Shown here piece by piece: positions 5,459-12,222 of a stretch of DNA of 12,222 bases. The notes below the pieces were generated by a model. The model made no database searches and was not told where the DNA came from. It worked only from the letters and a program-made list of their open reading frames with translations. The stretch's first letter is position 1, and each line of letters begins with the position of its first letter. The stretch is from Gemmatimonadota bacterium (GTDB taxonomy: Bacteria > Gemmatimonadota > Gemmatimonadetes > Palauibacterales > KS3-K002), in contig JBDHJS010000074.1 of the NCBI GenBank assembly GCA_039586795.1, forward strand, positions 1 to 12,222, written 5' to 3'. The position numbers were made by a program, and so were the translations under genes.

Positions 5459-8005
5459 CTATCGGTCACCGCGTAGGAAGTCTTGAAAGGGCTGATAGTC
5501 GTGAAGAGGCTCAAGGTCCATATCACGGTGAAGCCGCACCGAGAAGAGACGGCCGCGGGCGTAGGCCTCACTCAACAGCGTCATTGCCCGTTCGCGCTCG
5601 CCGAGCAGCGATGCGATGCACGCCTGCCAGTAGACGTCGCGCCCGAAGTCGCCGGGTGCAGCCATACCCGTAAGTCGATCGCTGATGGCGAGCGCCGTCC
5701 CGCGGTCCCCACGCCGCGCCGCCAGCACGCCCAGAAACCCCTGGACGTTGATGTGCGGCGGTCCCTCAGCGAGCCGCTCGAACAGCACCCGAGCGTCGTC
5801 CCAACGCTCTCTCATATAGAGTGCCTCCGCGACTTCAAAGCGATGGAAACCGCTCGACGCCTCTTCTTCCGGGCGCGATTGTAGCCACTCGAGGGCGCGA
5901 TCCACGGCCGCGAACGAGGCTTCCCGCTGGCCGTGAGCACGAAGCTCCGCCGCGGCGCTCTTCATGACGTGGCCGGGCACCCGACCCTCTTCCGGCGGCA
6001 GCAGCACGCTCTCGTCGAGTCGCTGCATGACTTCATCGACCCGTCCCAGCGCCGCCAGCGCACGTAGCTCGGCTTCGAGCACCCGAAGTCGGTCGGGGTA
6101 AACGCTGCGTCCGCGCTCAACCTCTCGCAACTCGGGCAGGTAGTCGCCTGCCGCATGATAGGCGTCCACTAAGGTCAGCCACTTGTAATAGAAGTCGGTG
6201 ATCTTTACCGAGGCCAATACGCCGACCGCCTCCCGTGGGCGGTTGGATCGTAACGCCTCGACTCCGGCGTCCAGCCCGCCCAGCGCCCGGGTGGCTTCGA
6301 GTGCTGCCCGGCGATCCCCGCGAACAGTCGCCAGCAGATAATCCAGCAGGTGACTGTGCTCCTCCGTCATGCGCGGCCGGTGAGGAATCAAGAGTTGTGC
6401 GTTGGAATCGGCCGCCGGGTACTGGCCGAGGTTGATGTGCGAGAGGACAACGAAAAAACGCGGCTCGAGGAAGGTCGAGTCGAGGGCAACAGAGTGTTGA
6501 AAGAAAGTCAGCGCCTGACGGGTCTGCATCGGCTCGCTATAGAAGGCGTCGCGGCCTTCGAGGTACTCTCGGTAGGCCTCCAGCGACGGTGGCTCGCGCC
6601 CCGCGGACGGGTCGGCGAGGCGCGCATCAAATACCCGAGCGACGGTTCCCGCCACGCGTCGGCTTAGCGAATCGACGACGGCACCTGGTGAATCGATCGG
6701 TCCACCGACCGGCGCCACGGCGCTCAGTAGCTCACCGTTCCGCGCATCGACCAGCTGTGCCTGGAATTCGATGTTCGCGCCGCTGCGGTAATAGGCGCCG
6801 GCGACAACCGTGCCGGCATTCGTCGCCGCGGCCAGCGCCTGGATATCAGCCGGGCCGGAGTTCGCGGCGCCGGCAAGATCGGGGCGCGCCGCCAGGCCGG
6901 CGGTGCTTGGGACCACAGTGACCACGGGAATGCGACCGAGGCCTTCGGTCACCCAATCCGCCGCCATCCGTCCCAGCGGATCAAGTTCCGGATCCCCGGA
7001 TCTATTCTCAAACGCCGCGACTACGACGCGTGTCGGGTCCAGTCTCGGGCTTTCGCTCTTCGAGCCGAACGCCCAAACGATCGCGAGGCCGACGACCGTT
7101 GCCACACCAGCGATAAGCCCCAGGCGAAACGGGCGAGTCGCGACGAGGCGCGCCAACGGCTCGACCGCGCGGACGGCTGAAGGCGCGGGCGTCGATTCGA
7201 GACTTGCGGAAGACTCGGATGGTGGCCGCGGGGGCGCGATCGCGGCGTCACCGCCCAACAGGTCGACGCGTGACCTGACGCCTTCGATCAGCGCGCGCGT
7301 CTCCGGCGCCGGCTCGAGCTCCAACTCCTCGGCCATGCGGCGGGCGAACGCGTCGTACTCCCGTACCGCGCCCGAGCGGTCACCTGCATTGGCGAGCAGC
7401 TCGATGACCTGCCGCACCATCTCTTCGTCCAAAGGCGCCAGCTTCAGAGCCTGCCGGGCCCAGCGAGCCGCATCCGCCGGGTTCCCCTCTCTCTCGGCGC
7501 CCTGCGCCAGCTCCCACGCCGCCACGCGCGCGCGCTCCCGCAGCTCGTCGCGCCGCCCGTCCAACCAGCGCTCGAACTCGGGCACGGCGGGGATGTAGAA
7601 GCCGCGCAGCAGCTCTCCGCTGTACAGCTCTAGAGCTTCCTCCCGGGCTTGCCGACTCAGCGCGCCCTCGAACGCCGCGACGTCGCACCAGAACAGGTCT
7701 CCATCAAGACCCACCTCTTCGTCGCCTCGAGTGACGACCACTCCTTCCCCGAGGAACTGTCTCAGGTAGTACAGCGACTGGCGAAGGGCGCCCCGGGCGC
7801 GCTCCGGGCTGAGCTCCCCCCAGAAGAGGCCGGTCAGCGTGTCACGGCGCTGAAAGCCGCGGGGAGCCGCAGCCGCGAGGTAAGACAGCAGGCCGAGGAG
7901 CTTGGGTCGGGCGACGACGGACCGGGGATCGGTTCCTTCCGGCCCCTGGAGGTCGGCGGCGCCCAACAGTCGGAACCTGATATTCCGCGCCGAGGGAGGG
8001 CTCAT
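5459..8005 (-). CDS. SARP-like transcriptional regulator: N-terminal winged-helix plus BTAD, hydrophobic segment, TolB-N-like domain and TPR-like helical repeats
   Basis: FRLLG...LLSYLA...RDTLTGLFWGE....ARGALRQSLYYLRQ (wHTH); WCDVAAFE...ALELYSGELLRGF....FERWL, LAPLDEE, ELELEPAPET (BTAD); a Pro/Ser/Ala linker; LGLIAGVATVVGLAIVWAF (putative TM); VVVAAFENRSGDPELD.LG....DWV...L (TolB-like); SLEAYREYLEG; C-terminal LHRDMDLEPLHDYQPFQDFL. Confidence 0.92.
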   Translation of the reverse strand: MSPPSARNIRFRLLGAADLQGPEGTDPRSVVARPKLLGLLSYLAAAAPRGFQRRDTLTGLFWGELSPERARGALRQSLYYLRQFLGEGVVVTRGDEEVGLDGDLFWCDVAAFEGALSRQAREEALELYSGELLRGFYIPAVPEFERWLDGRRDELRERARVAAWELAQGAEREGNPADAARWARQALKLAPLDEEMVRQVIELLANAGDRSGAVREYDAFARRMAEELELEPAPETRALIEGVRSRVDLLGGDAAIAPPRPPSESSASLESTPAPSAVRAVEPLARLVATRPFRLGLIAGVATVVGLAIVWAFGSKSESPRLDPTRVVVAAFENRSGDPELDPLGRMAADWVTEGLGRIPVVTVVPSTAGLAARPDLAGAANSGPADIQALAAATNAGTVVAGAYYRSGANIEFQAQLVDARNGELLSAVAPVGGPIDSPGAVVDSLSRRVAGTVARVFDARLADPSAGREPPSLEAYREYLEGRDAFYSEPMQTRQALTFFQHSVALDSTFLEPRFFVVLSHINLGQYPAADSNAQLLIPHRPRMTEEHSHLLDYLLATVRGDRRAALEATRALGGLDAGVEALRSNRPREAVGVLASVKITDFYYKWLTLVDAYHAAGDYLPELREVERGRSVYPDRLRVLEAELRALAALGRVDEVMQRLDESVLLPPEEGRVPGHVMKSAAAELRAHGQREASFAAVDRALEWLQSRPEEEASSGFHRFEVAEALYMRERWDDARVLFERLAEGPPHINVQGFLGVLAARRGDRGTALAISDRLTGMAAPGDFGRDVYWQACIASLLGERERAMTLLSEAYARGRLFSVRLHRDMDLEPLHDYQPFQDFLRGDR

Positions 8006-8126
8006 ATCTCAACCGTAACGCCGCATATGACATCGGCGAGTCGGTCCGGAGACGCGGCCCGCCCAGAGTTGACTCATGAAGCTACGAAGGCACGAAACAG
8101 CCAGCAAACCGGTGAGGAGAAAAACC

Positions 8127-9194
8127 ATGTCCCGTTCGCATACAACGCTGCTCTGCGGTTGCCTGGTCGCCCTTGCTATGAGCGGATGTTCCGGCGGCCC
8201 CACCTCCAGCCCGCCCGCCGATGACGTTCGGGGGCCAGCCGTAGACGGTTTCGAGAACGTCTCACCCGAAGAGGTCGGTTTCTCGTCGGAGGGCCTCAGG
8301 GCTGCCAGGACCCAGTTCGACAGGATGGGCTCGGCGGCGTTCATGGCGCTTCACAACGGCAAGGTCTTTGTCGCTTGGGGCCACGTGAGCCGCCGATACC
8401 GTCTGCACTCGATTAGGAAGCCTCTGCTCGGAGCGCTGTACGGCATTCACGTGGCGGCTGGCGCGATCGACACCGCGGCGACCCTCGGAGAACTCGGTAT
8501 CGACGACATCCCGCCGAGCTTGACGCCAGACGAGATGCAGGCGCGAGTAGCGGATCTGCTCAAGTCGCGCTCCGGCGTCTACCACGCGGCCGCCGCCGAG
8601 CACCCGATCGCGATCGCCGAGCGACCGGAGCGCGGAAGCCATCCGCCCGGCACGTTCTACTACTACAACAACTGGGACTTCAATGCGCTGGGGACGATCT
8701 TCGAGCAAGAGACGGGCGCCAAGATCTTCGAGGCGTTCGAGGATGAGATCGCAAGACCCATCGGGATGCAGGATTTCCGCCTCGACGACTGCTACTACCA
8801 GTACGAGGAACTGAAGTCCTTACACCCGGCCTATCACTTCAGGATGTCCGCCCGCGATCTGGCCCGCTTCGGCGTACTCTTCCAAGAAGGTGGACACTGG
8901 AACGGTGAGCAGATTGTCCCCGAGGATTGGATCGAGGCTAGCTGGACGCCTTATTCCGTGGACGACGAGGAAAACGGCATTGGCTACGGGATGCTCTGGG
9001 GTGTCACGCTCGAAGGCTCGCCCCTCGGGTCCGCCGCCCTTCACGCTGGGATCGGCATCCATTACCTGATGGTCATGCCGGATGACGACCTGGTGTTCGT
9101 ACATCGCGTAAACACGGACGAGCCCTGGACCATCACGTCAGACGATGTCTTCTTGTTGCTCAACATGGTGCTCGATGCGCGGCTGGCCGACTGA
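8127..9194 (+). CDS. Serine hydrolase, beta-lactamase/PBP-like (class C-related) family; probable lipoprotein
   Basis: SxxK is SIRK (8409-8420). Also DLLKSRSG, PGTFYYYNNWDFNALG (YxN), MSARDLARFG and HAG at the third-motif position. Lipobox-like MSG-C. Start set at ATG 8127, behind GAGGAG, rather than 8076. Confidence 0.93.
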   Translation: MSRSHTTLLCGCLVALAMSGCSGGPTSSPPADDVRGPAVDGFENVSPEEVGFSSEGLRAARTQFDRMGSAAFMALHNGKVFVAWGHVSRRYRLHSIRKPLLGALYGIHVAAGAIDTAATLGELGIDDIPPSLTPDEMQARVADLLKSRSGVYHAAAAEHPIAIAERPERGSHPPGTFYYYNNWDFNALGTIFEQETGAKIFEAFEDEIARPIGMQDFRLDDCYYQYEELKSLHPAYHFRMSARDLARFGVLFQEGGHWNGEQIVPEDWIEASWTPYSVDDEENGIGYGMLWGVTLEGSPLGSAALHAGIGIHYLMVMPDDDLVFVHRVNTDEPWTITSDDVFLLLNMVLDARLAD

Positions 9195-9353
9195 ACGCCT
9201 GGCGGAGGAGTGCCGTGAGCGTCCCGAAGATGTCGCGGAGGCGAGCTCCCAATTCTGGGTCGATGGGGCGTCGCTGACCCTGCTGGGAGATCTCCCGCTG
9301 CCCGAAACAACCTTCGCGTTAAGCGATAGCTGAGAGCGAAAGGAGAAGTCGAG

Positions 9354-10565
9354 ATGACAAAGCGTGTGGTTCATGAGTGGGTGAGAAAGACCTGCTTTGT
9401 ACTAGCTGGAATAGTGATCATTGCGGTCACTGGTGCTTGCACCGATCCGGCGGATACCGGCGGCGACTACATCTATCGAGCTCCGCAGCAGGCGAGCGAT
9501 GGTTGGGATACTGCCTCGCTAGGCGATGTGGGGATGGATACCCTGCCCATCGAAGATATGATGAACGATCTGGAGCGTCAGGTAGATCACTTTGTCCATG
9601 GCATAGTCATCGCAAAAGATGGCGTGCTCGTTTTCGAAGAATACTTCCCCGGCGAACATCTCGATCTCAGCAACCTGGGAGATGGGGTGGCGTTGGCGTT
9701 CGAAAACTTCGATCGGAACACGATGCATTGTCTGGCGTCCGACTCGAAAAGCGTGACCTCTATTCTGCTTGGCATCGCCATCGACAGGGGAATGGTTACT
9801 GGGACGGGTGAGACGATGTTCTCGTTCTTCCCGGACTACTCGAGCCACAGCAGCCCGGTGAAGAGCCAGATCACTCTTGCGCACATGCTGGCGATGGCCT
9901 CGGGGATGCCGTGGAGCGAGAGCTACCCCTATGACGACCCGCGCAACAATCTGGTCGCGATGGTCTTCAGCGATGACCCGATCGAGTATGTGGTAAGTAT
10001 GTCGACCGTCGCGTCGCCCGGTGCTCGCTTCATCTATAACAGCGGAACCACCAACCTGCTGGGCGAGATCATCAGAAGAAGTAGCGGTATGACTCTGTGG
10101 GACTTCGCTGAGCAGCACCTCTTTTCGCCGCTCGGCATCACCTCCTACGAGTGGTATGCGTTCCCGAACGCTCCCGAGATGGCGGTCGCTTCCTCCACGC
10201 TCTATCTACGCCCCAGGGACATGGCGAAGCTTGGGCAGCTGTATCTGGACGGTGGCACCTGGAACGGTACTCGCGTCGTATCGGAAAGCTGGGTAACGGA
10301 GTCTACGGCCGAAGTGATGGCTCTCTCCGCCTCCGAGAGCCCGACGCCGGGCTACCTGAACGGCTACGGCTTTCAGTGGTGGTTAGGAAGGTTCTCCACA
10401 GGCGGCACGGACTTTTACACGGCCGCTGGTTGGGGTGGCCAGTTCATCATCGTGATTCCTGAGCACGAAATAGTGGTGGTCATCACCGCAGGCGATTTTG
10501 ACCAAGAGAACTACGAAGCGCTGTTTGGCCTCGTGGGCGGTTACATACTCCGAGCCATAGAATGA
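9354..10565 (+). CDS. Serine hydrolase, beta-lactamase fold, resembling the 6-aminohexanoate-dimer hydrolase (NylB)-like group; probable lipoprotein
   Basis: SxxK is SDSK (9738-9749). Also ITLAHMLAMASG, PGARFIYNSGTT, LRPRDMAKLGQLYL, YGFQWW and AAGWGGQ. Lipobox-like TGA-C. AAGGAG Shine-Dalgarno before ATG 9354. Confidence 0.93.
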   Translation: MTKRVVHEWVRKTCFVLAGIVIIAVTGACTDPADTGGDYIYRAPQQASDGWDTASLGDVGMDTLPIEDMMNDLERQVDHFVHGIVIAKDGVLVFEEYFPGEHLDLSNLGDGVALAFENFDRNTMHCLASDSKSVTSILLGIAIDRGMVTGTGETMFSFFPDYSSHSSPVKSQITLAHMLAMASGMPWSESYPYDDPRNNLVAMVFSDDPIEYVVSMSTVASPGARFIYNSGTTNLLGEIIRRSSGMTLWDFAEQHLFSPLGITSYEWYAFPNAPEMAVASSTLYLRPRDMAKLGQLYLDGGTWNGTRVVSESWVTESTAEVMALSASESPTPGYLNGYGFQWWLGRFSTGGTDFYTAAGWGGQFIIVIPEHEIVVVITAGDFDQENYEALFGLVGGYILRAIE

Positions 10566-10599
10566 CTCGGAGTATGCAACGCAGTAGAAGAACCAGAGG

Positions 10600-11262
10600 C
10601 TAGCCTCCGATAGCGAATCCGAGTGAGAGTGAGAACTCGGGGCTGCTATGGTTCTTCTCGGAACCGATACGGCGTTCGAAATCGGTAACGAACCGATAGC
10701 CGACCGCAGCGCCCAGCGTGAACCGCTTGCCGAGCGATAGATCGAGGCCGGCACCGAGTAGCGAACCCAGCGCCATCTCCGAGTAGGACTCGGCTCCGGT
10801 GTCCCACCCCGCCCGCACGTCGGACGCGTATCCGAAATAGGGTCCGATGTACGCGTATACGTTAGGTCTCAAGGCGCTCCCGATGGCCAGCGCGCGAGGT
10901 TTGTACTCCAGACCGATCAGCAAAGGGTAGACGGCGGCCGATTCCATGTATGCGCCAGCGCCGCTGACTGACATCGATGCATCGGCGTTCGTCATGCCGA
11001 CGCTGACGCCCGCGGCCCACTCGTCGGAGAACCAGTACGCGTAGCCGATCGACCCGATCAGCCCATTCACCTCGCTGGTCATGTCAACGTTAGCTACAGA
11101 CACCTCACTCGAGGCGCTCAACGCGCTGAGCATTCCAATGCTCAGCGTGATCTCGTGTCTCCCGCGAAGGGAAACCGTGTTCGGGTCGCCTGCGGTTTGC
11201 GCCAGGCTGGTGATCGGCATGCAGATCGCCGTTAGCGTTATCAAGTTTCTGATCGTAGACAT
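10600..11262 (-). CDS. Small outer-membrane beta-barrel protein (OmpA/OmpW-like, about 8 strands)
   Basis: Cleavable signal peptide ending SLA-Q. Alternating amphipathic strands rich in Gly and aromatic residues (GSIGYAYWF, LLIGLEYKP, YAYIGPYFGY, LGAGLDL, LGAAVGYRF), ending in FSLSLGFAIGG. Confidence 0.8.
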   Translation of the reverse strand: MSTIRNLITLTAICMPITSLAQTAGDPNTVSLRGRHEITLSIGMLSALSASSEVSVANVDMTSEVNGLIGSIGYAYWFSDEWAAGVSVGMTNADASMSVSGAGAYMESAAVYPLLIGLEYKPRALAIGSALRPNVYAYIGPYFGYASDVRAGWDTGAESYSEMALGSLLGAGLDLSLGKRFTLGAAVGYRFVTDFERRIGSEKNHSSPEFSLSLGFAIGG

Positions 11263-12222
11263 TTACCCATCCTCCCTATTTTCAGGGCTCTTCGTTGCTG
11301 GCCCCTGGTTGAGGTACTCGATGGCGAACTCCAACTGCTTGTCTCTGCCGGCAGCGCGGTCGGCCGCGGTCTGCTCGACGCGGATATCGGGAGGGACGCC
11401 GAGCCATTCCCACGGCAGTCCGTCGTATCGAAGCACTTCGCCCGTCGGGATACGCATCTCGGCACCGCTCGGCAGCTGAAAGACGCCGGGCGCGCGGTTG
11501 GCGACGGCGCCGGAGCCGCCACCGGTTGTATCACCCACCGCCGTCACGTGCGGGATCTGCTTCATCATCTCGGTGAACGCTTCCGCGCCGCTGAAGCTCT
11601 TGCCGTTGGCCAACACGACCACCGGTTTCGTGTACTGAAAGCCCCCCCTGAGAGGGACGGGCGGCCACGGAAAGAGCTCTCCCAGGATGTAGACTTCGAG
11701 AGCATCGATCGGTTCGGTGAGAAACCGACCGACGCATTCCCTGATCGTGTCGTGATGTCCGCCCGGGTTGTGCCGCACATCGACAATCAACGCCCTGGCG
11801 TTCCGGACGTAGTTCACCGCCCGATCGCAATGGCGTGAGACTTCGTGCGGCATGAACTCCGTGATCCGGATGTACCCGATCCCGTCATCCCGTATCGCGT
11901 AGCCGACCAACGAATCGTCGTCGATATGGATGCTGTCGGGGTGGAGGTAGTCCAACAGAAGGTCGGCTCCCCAGACATCCTCGTCACGCCGGACCCGCGG
12001 CCCGACATAGGGCCAGATCGTTCCGTCCTCCGCCTCGTACCAGCCCGCCTGCAACGGGACATCCAAGCGGTTTCTGGGTTTCATCCCCACGTGCCCGTCC
12101 CGCAATTCACCCAGCATCTCGAGCAAAACGACGTGGGCCTCGACGCCGGCGGCACTTTCGGCACGCGAACGGTATTCGTCGTACATGCCGTTCCAGTCGA
12201 TCTGCTTGAACTCCATGAAGGG
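11263..12222 (-). CDS. S41 family peptidase (tricorn C1-like helical domain plus catalytic domain), 5' end outside the window
   Basis: IDW...YDEYR...LLEMLGELRDGH (C1-like), GIGYIRI, LIVDVRHNPGG, KPVVVLANGKSFSGAEAF (catalytic Ser), VGDTTGGG and GVPPDI. The frame stays open to the window edge (...PFMEFK), so ATG 12216 is probably internal. Confidence 0.93.
   Translation of the reverse strand, partial: PFMEFKQIDWNGMYDEYRSRAESAAGVEAHVVLLEMLGELRDGHVGMKPRNRLDVPLQAGWYEAEDGTIWPYVGPRVRRDEDVWGADLLLDYLHPDSIHIDDDSLVGYAIRDDGIGYIRITEFMPHEVSRHCDRAVNYVRNARALIVDVRHNPGGHHDTIRECVGRFLTEPIDALEVYILGELFPWPPVPLRGGFQYTKPVVVLANGKSFSGAEAFTEMMKQIPHVTAVGDTTGGGSGAVANRAPGVFQLPSGAEMRIPTGEVLRYDGLPWEWLGVPPDIRVEQTAADRAAGRDKQLEFAIEYLNQGPATKSPENREDG

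Noticed and set aside
6810..8224. Plus-strand ORFs 6810-7598 and 7649-8224
   Set aside because: Ala/Arg/Ser-rich antisense shadows of the regulator.
9145..9333. Small ORFs between the hydrolases: the 62-aa track ORF and a 20-aa GTG ORF at 9215-9277 behind GGAGG (MSVPKMSRRRAPNSGSMGRR)
   Set aside because: No recognisable motif. The first overlaps the upstream gene without a ribosome-binding site, and the second is very short and compositionally unremarkable. Ribosome profiling or conservation data would be needed.
8127..10565. Calling the hydrolases ampC or nylB
   Set aside because: Only fold-level motifs are visible, KTG is absent, and the substrate cannot be read from sequence.
1..12222. 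CRISPR arrays, tRNA/rRNA, transposases, integrases, reverse transcriptases, defence genes
   Set aside because: No regularly spaced repeats, cloverleaf signatures or relevant protein motifs were seen on either strand.

Overview
GC-rich bacterial window with nine genes, two of them cut by the window edges. The gene content (an ADOP-type duplicated permease and a BTAD/TolB-like/TPR regulator) suggests Gemmatimonadota or Acidobacteriota; this is inference. Minus-strand left arm: a large, probably membrane-spanning SARP/BTAD regulator (8005-5459); a Tat-signal aldo/keto-reductase-fold protein with a C-terminal 8-Cys ferredoxin-like domain and a downstream DUF6599-like lipoprotein; an orphan duplicated MacB/FtsX (ADOP) permease; and the start of a secreted or membrane protein. 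Divergent from the regulator are two lipoprotein serine hydrolases of the beta-lactamase/PBP fold. These converge on an S41 peptidase plus outer-membrane beta-barrel pair. The clearest unannotated signals are non-coding. One is a near-consensus sigma-54 promoter with two helically phased dyad sites upstream of the orphan permease. The other is a sigma-70-like promoter followed by a roughly 112-nt leader closed by a long stem, upstream of the Tat/Fe-S reductase, which also lacks its catalytic-tetrad His. No rRNA, tRNA, CRISPR array or mobile element was seen.
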